The notes: a model not told the origin generated them from the letters alone. Shown: positions 13,398 to 28,887, numbered from the stretch's first letter. The stretch is 64,000 nucleotides of DNA from Chrysomallon squamiferum (GCA_012295275.1 CM022665.1:41726001-41790000), one strand, 5' to 3'. Made by a program: numbers and translations.

Positions 13398-14801
13398 AGA
13401 TATTTACTCCAAGCAGTACAGTTTAAAAGAAAAGTTTGAAAACCTCTGTTTTATTCGATAATATTTGAGCGGATTTCAATCTACAGTTATACTGCGTCAT
13501 ACCTATGAATGCCAAGAAAATATAACTAGCAGCAAATGGTTATTTATACGTACTTTCCCATAGAAAGGAAAACATAAACCAGTTTGGGACGAAGAACAGG
13601 ATGATGAAGATGATGATGATAATAATAATAATAATGATGATGACTATTATGATGACGATACTACTCCATAACTACTTCTACTGCTACTACAACTACTATT
13701 GCTTCTGCAACAACCAATATCACTACTACTACTACCGCTACTATTCCTGCTACTACAACTACTATAGTTCTGCTACAACCAATATTACTACTACTTCTAC
13801 CGCTACTATTCCTGCTACTACAACTACTATTACTGCTGCTACAACCAATATCACTTCTTCTTCTACCGTTACTATTACTGCTACTACTACTACAACTACT
13901 ATTGCTGCTACTGCTGCTATCATTATTATTAAATTATTATAATTATAATTATATTATTATTATTATTATTCCAGCGCTTTCGTCAGAGCATTATTGCACA
14001 CTGTGTGTAACAAACGTGACACGTGTACTAACAGACACTCTCACTCTAAGTAACTGCGAGACATATTTACACAGAAACCCGTACACATTTACGTAGGCTG
14101 CTGTTTTCCGAGTTTCGCTCTCGAACTGAAAATCCTCACCCGGGGAAACGAAAAATTGTATAAACACTTTAAAACGAAGAGCATAACTAAGCTAATGAAA
14201 TGCACCCCGGGTCATGCGCAAGTTTTTCAGCCAAATGGCCGCCGGATTGGCAATGCATTATTATAATGTTTGTAAACGAGTACAGGACGAACCATTCGAT
14301 AAATTGCGTGTTATTTAACACCATTAGAGCGCGTTTCACTGAGACCGCCTCGAGTCCAGTTCACCTTCCGTTTCGTATTAACGGACTCGGAACACAAGCT
14401 CGGGCAACCAACACTGTCACTGGAGGTTAGAAAAAATTGTTCTCAGTTTTATCGAAATCACCAGCCTTTATTCCGGCTGTAATTAGCAGGTTAATTGGAA
14501 AGGCGGCTTCGCTGGTATTTCCTGGATAATTTATCGCGAGAAAATAACGTCTCCGAGGCACGGAGTCGAAAAATATGAATGAATTAAGCGTATCGCGTTG
14601 CTGGTGCCGTCTTTCCCGTATTTATCCGAACAGCTCTATTTTGAATATTATTCAAATATCCGCCAGCCACGTAAAATTACTCATCAGAGTCTTGTGTCAT
14701 TTTGGGGGTTTTCCCCCTCAAAGCAAACACTTGATTACAGAGCTGAGTTTTTCGGCTGATCTCCGGGAATCGCTGCATGCCGGGTTTTTGTTCTTGTATT
14801 T

Positions 14802-15017
<216 letters not shown>

Positions 15018-15898
15018 GGATCGGCTCGTATGAAAAAAAAAAAAAAAAAAAAAAACCCCACAACAGATTCGCTGATTTCGTGATATTACTGAAGAAATCC
15101 TTTTGGTTTTATTGCAGCATTATGGGGAAATGGTCATGATTATAACGATGGTGATGGTATGGATGATGATGGTGGTATATGAATCAAGACGACGACGACA
15201 ACAACAACAACAACATAATAAATATATTAGCTGTTCAAATACTAATACTGATTATAACAAAAACAAATAATAAATAAATAAATGAATAAATAAATAAATA
15301 CATAATAATAATAATAATAATAATAATAGTAATAATAATAATAATAACAATAATAATAAATAAATAAATAAATAAATAAATATATAAATAAATAAACAAA
15401 TAAATAGGTAATAAGTAAGTAAATAAATAAAAATAAAAAAGTAAAATAAAAACGTAATAAAATAAAAATAAACTAAACAAAACAAAACAAAACAAAACAA
15501 AACGAAACAAAACAAAACAAAACAAAACAAAACAAAACAAAACAAAACAAAACAAAACAAAACGAAACAAAACGAAACAAAACAAAACAAAATAAAACAA
15601 AAATGTGTTAATATACAAATTATACAACAATTATGTTGCATCACAATTTGCGAAATCCTTAAAGAAGAAAATTAGGATGCCAAAATCCAGCTCTTTTTTT
15701 TTCAACACTAAAATAATGACGAAGTATTATTATAGACTGATTTTTATAAATGTTTTAAATATATAATTTACACATGTGCTTATGTATAATAAATCACGAT
15801 TTCGATACGAAAGAAAAGAAACACTCCCCCCCCCAAAAAAGACCCAATAACAAAAAAATGATAATAATAATAAACAAAAAAAAAAAAAAAAAAAAAAA

Positions 15899-15929
<31 letters not shown>

Positions 15930-16172
15930 TGTATTATTAAATATCTTTAAAGGTCTAATTTAATCCATCAGTCCATCCATCCATTTATCTGCCAGTCTGT
16001 CTCTCTGTCTGTGTAAATGTTTGCTTTTGCCTGTATGACTTTCTCCCTTTCTGTTTATGTATCTCTGTAGATCAAACCATCCAAGAAAGAGAGAGAAAGA
16101 GAAAGAAACAGAGATGAAAAAAATAAATATAAAAATAAAAAAAAAAAAAAAAATGGATAGATACAAATCGAT

Positions 16173-16368
16173 GGGGTACGGAAAAAATGGCACCTGGAAA
16201 AAATGGCACCCGGAAGAAATGGCACCCGGAAGAAATGGCACTGTGCAGATTTTGAAAAAAATGGCATCTTATTTATTTATTTTTTTGTATAGTTGCTTAA
16301 AAAAAACAACTTAAAAGAATTTTTGAAAATACAGTTTATTCATGCAGTATTGTTAAATAAATGTATAT
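16173..16368. mobile_element. Solo arm of the same foldback/MITE family, inverted relative to 12950-13144
   Basis: GGGGTACGGAAAAAATGGCAC...GTATAGTTGCTTAAAAAAAA...GAAAATACAGTTTATT.ATGCA.TATTGTTA is the approximate reverse complement of ~12950-13144. Confidence 0.75.
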
Positions 16369-16369
16369 G

Positions 16370-16722
<353 letters not shown>

Positions 16723-17176
16723 AAATATCAATATTTGGTGATCATTTTCAAATAGCTGTTTGGACAATGGACGACAGTTTTACTGATTAGCAGTGGTTTA
16801 CATAATCAAGTACAATCTGAGTTAACGAATCAGAAATCGGATAAAGCAATTCACGCCTCCTTCATTTTGCTCGCCTTAAGTAAATCGCGTTGGTGTGAAA
16901 AATTGTTTTGTACTTGAGATCTTTCTTTCAAACAGCTACGAAAAATCTGAAGAGCATCTTATAATCTTCATATATCACAGCAGATATTTACACACACAAA
17001 ACTTTCTTAAGTTTCTCAAATACTTCTGGGGATCGATTTTAAATAACTTTTTTGTTAGCTTCCTTTGTTATATAAATTTGCAAATGTAAGTGCATGTCTG
17101 TGTGCCTGTATGAAAATATATTTTTTTTAATTTTTTATAGATTTTAACATTAATTAATTAATTATTATTAAAATTA

Positions 17177-17207
<31 letters not shown>

Positions 17208-17578
17208 TTTTTTTTTTTTTTTAAATTTATATTTAGTTTTAACTTTTGAAATAATCACCAAATCTTTGTCTGTATTTCTCTACAAATCTTTCAGAATGTT
17301 TTAAATGAATAATTATTTGACATTATTATCGTGTTTTACTGATAAAATATTCGTATAATAATGACTAATGACGGAACAGACTAACGCCAGCATAAAGACT
17401 ACTTTTAACACAGATCAACAAAGCAGGTTTTATAATTATACTCCTACCCACTAACAGGAAGGAACATACCCCGGTCTTTGTTAAAGAAAACGCGAGCTAG
17501 TGTGTGGAACAGGAAACTGAAGCGAGAGATAGTGATTATACTACCAGCCATGCCTGAAGCGAGAATTCTAACCATAAC

Positions 17579-18126
<548 letters not shown>

Positions 18127-19031
18127 TGTTACAATTCGTTATCTAAATCAACTAAATAACTGACAAGTCCTTACGCAGTATTGACTATTATATTTAACTG
18201 AATAGAAAAATTCAAATCTTTAATTACATGGACATAAATTATTTACCTAAGATACACACAAACACAGAGACAAATACACACATGTACGTACGTATAACAA
18301 ATAAACACAGTTTCACAAAGGCGCGTGCACATAGGCACATACACAACGGCACGCGCGCGCAAAAAAGAAAGACATGCGTACTCTGCCTTAACAGCTGACA
18401 TGTCCTCTCTTTATCAAAGAATCACACTGAATTCGTCACCGAATAACGTTCATCCGGACCGGAAAAAAAACGAAAACTAAGAAGAAGGAAAAGAAATAAT
18501 GAAACCAACACCCCCTCACCAGAAGAAGAAGAAGAAGAAGAAAAAGAAGAAAAGAAGAAAAAAAAAAAAAAAAAAAAAATCGTTTATACCGATTTCATGT
18601 AAATATGGTCTCATTTGGGCGTCCGTTATTAAACTCTGGACAGTTTTCAATGACAGCGTTCTCCTTTTTATCCGCAATATCGTCTTCGGGATCTTTCCTT
18701 CTGTAATCGTCTACGGAGTTAAAACGGTAAACAAAACGTCGATGGAGGAAACGAGTGTTTACACATTGTGGCAACACTTGTTACAAAGTGCTATCCAATT
18801 CGACGTGGCTGGCCATGTGCACGACGTTGCTGTTAATACGGTTTTATATTTTGTGGGTGGCCTGGACGTTTATGGTTGTTTAATGACGTCTTTTGACACA
18901 TACAAGACCAGTTGATGTTTGTTTGTTTAAACCGAGCCACCCAGCCTGGCATGACGAGGGGTGTTTCTTAACGCCCTGCCTGCCTCCCTCCCTCCCTCCG
19001 TCCCCAGTCCCTCCCTCCGTCTCTATCTCTC

Positions 19032-19110
<79 letters not shown>

Positions 19111-19123
19111 CTGTCTGTCTGTC

Positions 19124-19190
<67 letters not shown>

Positions 19191-19703
19191 GTCTGTCTCT
19201 CTCTCTCTCTCCATCTCTCTCTCTCTGTTTCCCTTACCACCCCGTCATTTGTTCTCTGCCTTTCTCTCTCACTCCCTCTCCCCCTCTCTCTCTATCTGTC
19301 TCTGTCTCAATCTCTCTCTCTGTTTGTGTCTCCCGTCTCTTCTTCTATCACTCACTCTCTAACTCCACAATATTATCACATAATATTTTCTTGTTTGTTT
19401 TCTTTTGTTTTTATCTCAGAGAAAATAATGATTGTAATAAGCAGGAAATTACTGACGTGTATGCTGTGGTTATTTCCGTCGACGTCCTGTTTATCAGCAT
19501 CGTTATCTCTGTAAGTTTTACAGCCATCAACATCGTCAACGTAATTACGGCAAATGAAATGTCACTTTTGTTTGTTTGCGAAAGAGCTGAATGTTTTGAG
19601 AAAGATAAACTGATGAACGTATAATTAAGTAACTAAACTATGGACGATCTAAAAAAAAAAAAATAATTTAATAATAAATAAATAAATAAATAAATAAATA
19701 AAA

Positions 19704-19770
<67 letters not shown>

Positions 19771-20019
19771 AAATAAATATAAAAATAAAAATAAAATAAA
19801 ATAAAATATAAAATAAAATGATATTTTGAAGGTTTTGGAAACGATGTACAGCTAAGTAACCAATCTAAAGAAATACCTAAATATTAAAACAAAATAAAAT
19901 GAAATAAAAAAAAAAATAAATAAAAATAGGATAAAATAAAATAAAATCGATGATATTATGATAATGATACGGATGAATGAACGAAAACAAACAAAAATAT
20001 TATCCTAAATAAAATAAAA

Positions 20020-20245
20020 TTATATAACATAATATAATATAATATAATATAACATAACATAATATAATATGATATAATATAATATATGATATAATATAAT
20101 ATAATATAATATAATATAACATAACATAATATAACATAATATAATATAATATAATATAATATAATATAATATAATATAATATAATATAATATAATATAAT
20201 ATAATATAATATAACATGATATAATATAATATAATATAATATAAA
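20020..20245. repeat. (TATAA)n pentanucleotide microsatellite
   Basis: Direct inspection. Confidence 0.95.
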
Positions 20246-21084
20246 TAATTTAGCAAATAAATAAATTTCTAAGTTACGATAAAAAGTCAGAAACAAAGAA
20301 AAACAAAAACAAAATTAATCACAGAAGCAACCAATTAACAATTATCAGGAAACAAAGACGCACCCCCCCAAATAATTTCCCAGAAAAACGAAATAATCGT
20401 CGAAATAAACAACTGACATAAAGTTTCAAAAATTTGAATTCTGCCTTTAAAACCTATAACGCATTTTCTAGATGACAACCAGTCGATTTAATAGTTTAAA
20501 GATCCATAAAGGGTGACGTAAATTGACAGCAGATAAAGAGGAAAAAAAATAGAAGAAGAAGAAGAAGACGTAGTGAAAAAAAAAAAAAAAAAAAAGAAGA
20601 AGAAAAAAAAAAAAAAAAGAAAGAAAAGAACACATGAACAAAAACAGAAAAACAAGAGATATATTCATGCCAGAAAAATCCGGCAAGAAGTATTCAATTA
20701 CCGAGACTCATCAGATCTTGACAATAACCGGAAGTTCTTGTCGTTATTGGCTAACATGGATGACTGCTGCTTCCACAGTCGCCATGTTTTTGCAAGTGTG
20801 AATTGTGCCGAAACTCTTATTTGCGGAAGGGTCGCCAATGTTTTCTGTCACCTAAATGATTCACGTCCTCAATTAATACTCTTCACTTGGACAAGGCGAC
20901 AATTACGAGCAGAATACGTCTGCGTTTTTCGCAAATTAATTGATCATTTGTGGATATCGGGCGCACTGATTTTAGACCCTCCACCGATGTTAGCTAATTG
21001 ACCGCTCATTAGCGACTTGGTTCACTTCCTCTAACGTTCTCTTAATGATACTGTTGGAAGTCGGCGTTGTCTGCGTCTGTCAAG

Positions 21085-21119
<35 letters not shown>

Positions 21120-21662
21120 AAGAAAAAGGAAAGCTTCAGTTTGGTTCAGCTGTTGTAACCAATGTGTCGTAGTGGCACCAACATCGCGATGTCGTTCTCC
21201 GTAATGATGACACCCGCGGAAACAGATCGATGGAGGATGTGCATGTACTCTTTAATGCGGCGATTATGTTTCCACTGATTTTAATGATGGTGGCGTTTAG
21301 GAATAACAGATCTTTTTTGTTTGTTTGTTTGCGCGGTTTTTGTTTTGTTTTGTTTGTTTGTTTGCGCGGTTTTTGTTTTGTTTGTTCTTGTGTGTGTGTG
21401 CGTGCGTGCGTGTGTGTGTGTGAGAGAGAGAGACAATGAGAAAGACAAATATACACATAGAAAGATAGTTTTTTTAAAATATTTAATTGTCATATATATA
21501 TGTGTGTATATATATTATTTTTATTTATTATATATTTTTTTGTAAGTGTAAATGAATGATCGGTACAGTGAAATAAGCGTTGAATAAAAGTGATTACAAT
21601 TCATGTTATATCATGTTTTATCAATATTTCTTTGTCTATTTGTCTGTGTCCATGTGTGTCAG

Positions 21663-21749
<87 letters not shown>

Positions 21750-21851
21750 TATCTATCATTTGTCTTTTCGGTCTGTGTCTTTTGAGACATTATAGTTAAT
21801 CACAAAAAGTGAAAAACTATAACTAATCCATTATGTGCGTGTTTATTTTGC

Positions 21852-21903
<52 letters not shown>

Positions 21904-22715
21904 GTCAAAAGTGATTCTTGAATAGCTTAAAAACCCTAGACCGCAATGTTTACTATACGTTGTTCTCAAAAATAAAACTAAAACTTAAATGTGCAACGTA
22001 TTTAAATTATACTGCACAGTACTTTATTACAGTACGATGTGATGTAAATAATGACACAGTTATACAATATTACTTTTAGTGCTCTGTTTTACAAGATATT
22101 TATTTCCTACAAGGTGACAAAACTGTTCTCTGCTACACAGCATCATTCATTTTATTATTCACATATACATATCTGTTCAACAGCTCTACCTACCATCTGT
22201 CCGTAGATTAATGCATGTCCATAAGTTAAAACATCTAACCACTAAGATTTCATCTGTTGTAACAGTTATTGGAAATCTGAACAGAAACAAATATTTGTAT
22301 AACAATCAAGCAATCTCGTTCTTATGTCACAGAACATTCAAGCACGCTTGTACTGGGCACATTATCGGCGTACCGAAGCGAAGTGAGTATTATTATTATA
22401 TACGTTATAAAACATGAGCATGGCTATCTGCAATCAGTAATAAAGTGAACGTGTTATCTCTTCGCTTGCAGTAAGCAGCTACTGCACTTATCTGTGTATC
22501 ACGCGTTTGTTTGTTTGTTTGTGGTTACGACAGTTATCTGTTCGATGATACAGTTTTCTTATAGCATCATTATACGTGGATAAATGTTTTAAGTAGTCTA
22601 TCTGTTTGTTTGATATCTACTAATCTGATACCGATTTCGAGTGAGGTTTAGATTGTGTTACAGCAGATATTACCAGTGCAAAAGGGGATATGGGTTGATG
22701 TTGTTAAATAAAATA

Positions 22716-22840
<125 letters not shown>

Positions 22841-23039
22841 CGTTCACATAGATAAACATTTTAATATTATTATGACCCATCTGACTGCCGCATGTAAAAT
22901 ACTTAAAAATTATAATAAAAATGCTAGAATTAAATTGTACGATTTAAAAACAAAAACGTTTTATAAATAACGGCAGACGATTTTTTTTTTTTTTTTTTTG
23001 AAAACCTTCATCTGAAATATGTAAGATTTTGAAACTGTC

Positions 23040-23070
<31 letters not shown>

Positions 23071-23143
23071 TAATTAAACAATTATAAAGAGAGATAAAAA
23101 ATTAAATAATTATTAAAAGTTATTAAAAAATGTTAACAACAAC

Positions 23144-23180
<37 letters not shown>

Positions 23181-23724
23181 TTATCAGTTAATGCATTTTA
23201 AATGTAAAATTAAAAAACAAATCGGAAAAATAAATTTTTAAATAAATAAAGGCATCTTTCCTCCAAAGAAATTAAAACAAACAGCATCCCACAATCAAAT
23301 AAAAGATTTGAAACAGAAGCTGAATCACATCAAACAACTAACGCTTTACAAACAACTGACTGGCGCCATATTGCAACGATTTGCGATTTATACAAAACAA
23401 CAACACATTCAAAATATACAGCTCTTCCCAAAAATACTCTCCTCTTTGTAAACGAGGGAAAACGAAAACCTCTCTTTCATCTCCATTTTAACACAAACTA
23501 CAACATTATTACACGCGTATCAATGAAGAAAACCGATATTTTCATGTGAAACAGTCACAAAAATATTTCTGTATTATCAGAAATATATAGCTGTTGATCT
23601 TTCACTTACACCGGTAGTCGGAATACGTAAAGTGTTCCTCGATTATCGAAACAGTCGGAAGTTTATTTTGACAGCACTGCGTTTTGTAACCAAGACTAGT
23701 TTGTTAACGAGACAGGAACTGGTC

Positions 23725-23738
23725 GTTGCTATGGTGAC
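23725..23738. promoter_or_regulatory. RFX X-box-like motif GTTGCTATGGTGAC in a CpG-rich promoter-like patch
   Basis: Close match to the X-box consensus GTTGCCATGGCAAC. An ETS-like CGGAAGT lies at 23656-23662 and a minus-strand donor GTAAGT starts at 23609. Confidence 0.5.
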
Positions 23739-23975
23739 GGCGAGAACCGGACTGCGACTGTTTATATAGTCCATAATCAGATGCGGAAACTATAAATCGT
23801 GCGTTATCTAAATCCACTTAGACGAGTGAAAGCGGAAGAAAAATAGAAGATAGCGATGTAATAGATAGCAAAAAATTTTAATTTTTTTTTTCTCTGGATT
23901 TTTCTCTTTCTTTCTCGCTCTCTTTTTCCTCTTTTTGTTTTTATCTTTCTGTGATTATCTCCAAAATCTCTGTGT

Positions 23976-24059
<84 letters not shown>

Positions 24060-24810
24060 ACCCCCCTCCCTCTTACTCATTATCAGTATCTCTACGATTC
24101 TGCCTCGCGATTCAATCTTTCTTTCTGTCTCTGTGACTCAGTACTTCTTTATTTTCTTTCTATCCTTTTCACTTCATCTTTTGATTTTCGTTTCCATACA
24201 TCACTTCTTTATTTTCTTTAATAACTTGACTTCGTGTATATGTCAGAGCCATAACAGTTTTATATTTTAAATATTATCAAAGGTTCTACTGTGTTGGTGA
24301 CTGTATTAAATAAAATGCTAAAATGATGATTATTTTAATGCTTATTTACAATTGGAAATACACACCATTTGTGTTTGTGTTTGTGTGTTTCTTTATTTCT
24401 TTCTTTGATGTTGGATTTTTTTTCGTTCTTACAATATCTTTAATTGTTTAATTGTTTAATTTTTTGTATTTTTTTTTTTTTTTTTTTTTTTTGATTTCTC
24501 AATGTTAATTGTTTTTGTTTTTTCGTTATGGCTCAGTGACACAGATTTGCATATAATAATTTGAACTAATTAAAAGTTTTCGTTAATAAAGCTAGTATTT
24601 GATATAACATTAACTGTGATTATTGTTATAATATGTAATAACAGTTATCACATGTAACATATATATATTTTTTTTTTTTTAAAAATTTTAATTATTACCT
24701 TTTTAATTAATTAATTACCTAAATAATTAATAAATAATAATCATAATAACAATAACTACATCATCAAGAAGAAGAAAAAGAAGAAGAACAACAACAATAA
24801 TAATAATAAC

Positions 24811-24846
<36 letters not shown>

Positions 24847-24944
24847 TATTATTATTATTATAAAAAATTATTATTATTATTATTATTATAATCATTATAT
24901 TTTCTGTTTTTTTGTTGTGTATTGCATTAATTAATGACAGTTTA

Positions 24945-25135
24945 AGAAGTCAAACCTGGTTTTTTCATACAGATTAGCAAAAGAAAAATTTATTTTCACT
25001 TTCTTTACCAAGCAATAACACCTATGCCGTTTCTTACAAACAGTTCCCAAATACACTGGTTTAAACAAACGGGTGATTATTCAGAAAAGTTCACCATGAA
25101 GGATCGATCCGACTTCCGACCCATTGAACGTGGAC
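24945..25135 (-). mobile_element. Decayed tRNA-derived SINE fragment, same family as 63365-63660
   Basis: TTCACCATGAAGGATCGATCCGAC...CCCAT (B-box region), with CACTGG and GATTAGCA blocks collinear with the 63.5-kb copy. Confidence 0.6.
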
Positions 25136-25374
25136 TCCAATCAGCAGACCCAGAGCCCCAAGCTCTGTTAGAGGGGGGTGTGTGTGTGTGTGGTGGAGGG
25201 TTAAACAAAGATTACATGCGGGTGAAATTATAAAACCAATAATTGTTTTTCGAACGTGGACACTGAGCTATTGAGCGGTAATTATTTTATCACAAGTAAA
25301 CGGAAGAGAACTGTGAAATATTATTTAGTAGGTAATCACGTGTCTGATTTGTAGATTTCAGGTTGTGACTAATG

Positions 25375-25419
<45 letters not shown>

Positions 25420-26394
25420 ATCAAGTGAATTTAAGAGAGAAAAAATACTGATAAAACTTCTTAGAAAATATTTATTGCACAAAAAATGTTACGAATTGTT
25501 TAAATACACTGCATATTTGCATCTGAATAAAAAGATACCAACAAGAACGTTGAAGAAACAAATAAACACATACATAGATACACACATACACGCACGCACA
25601 CACACACATATATACATACTTACATACACATGTACATACATACAAACAAACACACATGCATACATCAATACATACATACATATAATAAATAAATAAATAA
25701 ACATACAGATAGATAGATAAATAAATAAATTAATAATAATAATAAAAAAAAAAAGTATGGAAGAAAATAAGTAAATAAATAATAAAAATTTAAATAACTA
25801 AGGAAAAGGTATGATTACCTGTATTACCGAAACTAATAAACGCATTATAATAATAATGATAATAACAACATGAACAACAACAACAACAACAACAACAACA
25901 AAAATAATAAATTTATATCGAAGATGTTTTTTGTCATTCCTATTTCATCAATCAAATCACTGATCCATCTACAAACTCAAAACACTTATTAATTTCTTTC
26001 GTCTCCACATTTTTATCATTTTTTTTTTTCTATCAAATTTTTCTTTATTTATTCTGTTATTTGTGGGCGCAAAGAGCTTTATTTCGTCACCGATACTTAT
26101 TACCGCCTTTGTAATAACGAACGCCCAAAAGTTTTGCTTTCAATGAGTCTTCTTATGTCGCGTGCTTTTTGCTACACAAAACGACCTCTGTGTACATTAA
26201 TTTCATCCACTGTGTGTCTAAGTCGTGCAATCGAGATTTAAATAACGCACAAACACGAGCTCGGGTCTCAACAACAAATATCTGACAAGTATTTTAACAA
26301 TGTCGCTCTTTACAAATTATTTACACTCTGAAACTGACAACAGCTTTCGCCCATTGATCCCGCGCAGCCATTCAGGGACAAGCGGCAACGAAGT

Positions 26395-26448
26395 GGGCGT
26401 GGCTTATAATCGCGGGCTCTTTAACGACGAGCACCGACAGCCAATCAG
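26395..26448 (+). promoter_or_regulatory. FoxG proximal promoter: GC box (GGGCGTGGC) and CCAAT box (AGCCAATCAG)
   Basis: Sp/KLF-type GC box at 26395-26403 and NF-Y consensus at 26439-26448, about 210-260 bp upstream of the ATG in a CpG-rich patch. Confidence 0.65.
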
Positions 26449-26656
26449 ACGAGGGCTGCTCGATAAATGGACAGAAGGAATAAATGAACGGCATGCGATG
26501 GGGAATCTCATATTGACACGAGCGAATAGAAGATACAAGACATTAATTTTCGTTCTCATCCGAGGATTTACTATACTGTAAAAACGCTTTGGACTGTTAA
26601 AGTTTTAATTTTAGTTTAAATTTTTGTGTTTTTCGTTGACTATTTTCGAAGTTAAC

Positions 26657-27952
26657 ATGGTGCAGATGCAAGAAAAAAGCCGGCCATTGAAACGTTCGCT
26701 GAATCCTTTCAGCATTCGTCGCATGCTCGGAACGGACAGAGACAGTGATGACGATGACGACGACATCGTTAACGACGACGTTGTTCCGGGAAACGCCCGG
26801 AAGAGCAGCGACGGAGCCGACGACGAAGTTTTCATCGACGTCCTCGGCGAGAACAAGACCGACAACAACAACGACATGAGCTGCATTTCTGCTCGGAGTG
26901 CGGCAGACGATCGCGCTCCGACCGAAGCAGACGGCAGTCTGAACGTCACAGAAGACGACAGCCTGAACGTCACAGAAGACGACAGCAAAGACGGCGACGC
27001 GAAGAACGAGCGCGAAGACGAAGAAGGAGAAGGAGAAGGAGGTGACGACAACGCGAACAAGAAGACGGAGGACAAGAAAGCGGAGAAGCCGCCGTTCTCG
27101 TACAACGCCCTCATCATGATGGCGATTCGCAGCAGCGCCGAGAAGCGACTGACCCTGAGTCAGATCTACGAGTTCATCATGAAGAACTTCCCCTACTACA
27201 AGGACAACAAGCAGGGCTGGCAGAACTCCATCCGCCACAACCTCAGCCTCAACAAGTGCTTCGTCAAGGTGCCCCGGCACTACGACGACCCGGGAAAAGG
27301 CAACTACTGGATGCTCGACCCGTCCTGCGACGACGTCTTCATCGGCGGCACCACGGGCAAGCTACGACGGCGTTCCACGCTGGCGTCGCGAAGCAGGCTG
27401 GCCGCTCTGAAGCGGGTGGGATTCTCGCCCTTCTCCCCGGCCGCCTACCCGTACCCGTCCGAGCGCTTCAACCCGTACACCAACTGCACCCCGCTCTACT
27501 CGCTGCCCGGGTTTTCGGTGGCGGGTGGACGGTACTCGGCCGTGCAGTATCAGAGGTACCCGCTTCAGGTGCCCGCGCTGCCCACCCAGACCGAGCGAAT
27601 CATTCAGAAAGGACTAAGTTTCTCCGTGGACAAGATACTCTCGGGAAGTTCGCTGTCGTCGGAATCCAGTGTGCCCTCGCAGGGCCCCCAGTCGCCCGGG
27701 GTCCTCTTTGGGAAACCGGACTCTGCCTTCGACGTGTGGCGGGCCTCCATTCTGTTGAGGGGGTTTCAAGGGATGGACCCGAGACTAGGGGGAGCGGATC
27801 TGTATCAGCATCTGCGCACGAACAGTCTCAACCAGCAGGCAAACATGTCAACAACGTACGGAGCTCACCCCCGGTACTCCGATCTCCCCTCCGGTCTCGT
27901 TACCTCCCCCAGTTCGCCATTCACCCCCGTGAACGTGAACGAGAAAGCCTAG
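26657..27952 (+). CDS. FoxG: Forkhead box G transcription factor (BF-1/sloppy-paired class), single exon, 431 aa
   Basis: Forkhead domain at ~27086-27373 ([15 protein letters not shown]...[51 protein letters not shown]) with FoxG-diagnostic motifs. N-terminal eh1 FSIRRML at 26708-26728 and second Groucho-binding motif FSVDKIL at 27620-27640. The first ATG is at 26657 (AACATGG); the track's start at 26624 is not an ATG. Confidence 0.97.
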   Translation: MVQMQEKSRPLKRSLNPFSIRRMLGTDRDSDDDDDDIVNDDVVPGNARKSSDGADDEVFIDVLGENKTDNNNDMSCISARSAADDRAPTEADGSLNVTEDDSLNVTEDDSKDGDAKNEREDEEGEGEGGDDNANKKTEDKKAEKPPFSYNALIMMAIRSSAEKRLTLSQIYEFIMKNFPYYKDNKQGWQNSIRHNLSLNKCFVKVPRHYDDPGKGNYWMLDPSCDDVFIGGTTGKLRRRSTLASRSRLAALKRVGFSPFSPAAYPYPSERFNPYTNCTPLYSLPGFSVAGGRYSAVQYQRYPLQVPALPTQTERIIQKGLSFSVDKILSGSSLSSESSVPSQGPQSPGVLFGKPDSAFDVWRASILLRGFQGMDPRLGGADLYQHLRTNSLNQQANMSTTYGAHPRYSDLPSGLVTSPSSPFTPVNVNEKA

Positions 27953-28887
27953 TGGACTGCTGACAGTGTTTAACAATTTACTCACAGGTTTCTTTTCTTT
28001 TCTTCTTTTTTTTCTTTCTTTTTTTTTTAAATTTCTTTCTACTTTTTATTAATTAGAATTTTTCTTACACTTGGATGTGAGTTTTGATTCCTCGTCCAAT
28101 ATTTGGACAGACTATATAATGTAAGTATGGATTCTTCATGCAAAAAAAAAAAAAAGAATGTATAAAAAAAAAAAAAATGTTTACATTTATTGAACAAGAG
28201 TGATTTAAAATGAAATATTCATAAAAGTTGAAACAGCCATAAAAAAAAAAAAATAATAATAAAAATCAGGTTGTTAATGTTTTTTTTTTGATTTTTTTAA
28301 ATTTTTTTTATGAATACGTTATTGTCATCAATTTGGTTAACGGAATATTACAATACTGATGTACATCTATTTATTGATTAATTACTATTATTTTTTTAAT
28401 TATTAAATTAATAAAAAATATTTGAAAATGATATTGGTATTATGTTAACAATTTTAGTTAGTCAAATACTGTTTACTTTATTTAACGATGTGGATTTTCG
28501 CTTTAATTATTAACACTGTAGAAAAATAAATATAAGAAATAAATTATAAATACAAAATATAAAATATAATAATAGTTATAGCAGTATTAATGACAATGTC
28601 AGTAGTACTAATAGTAATAATAATAGGTACGGTAATAGTTATAGTAATAGCAGAAGTAGTAGTAGTTGTAATAATAATATAATTAATGATAAAATATTTT
28701 ATATAAAACAATTGTTATTTCTAAAAATCAGTATTAATTTTTCACTAATGTTTGGAATAATATGAAGATACTAATACATTCTGTTTCGTATTAAAGGAAT
28801 ATTTATCCATAATTCACAAGTAATATAACCACACAGTGACAATTAACAGATAAAAAAATATTATGTTTTCAGATAATAAAGTTCAAC

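Noticed and set aside
26624-26656. Extended FoxG N-terminus given in the ORF track
   Set aside because: It begins at a non-ATG codon. The ATG at 26657 has good context and gives the typical short leader before eh1.
26597-27280. 227-aa and 168-aa antisense ORFs over FoxG
   Set aside because: Antisense shadows of a GC3-rich, D/E-rich coding strand, with no domain features.
27256-27963. 235-aa overlapping same-strand ORF inside FoxG
   Set aside because: No ATG start. In this shifted frame a stop needs T at FoxG third positions, which high GC3 makes rare, so it is a compositional shadow.
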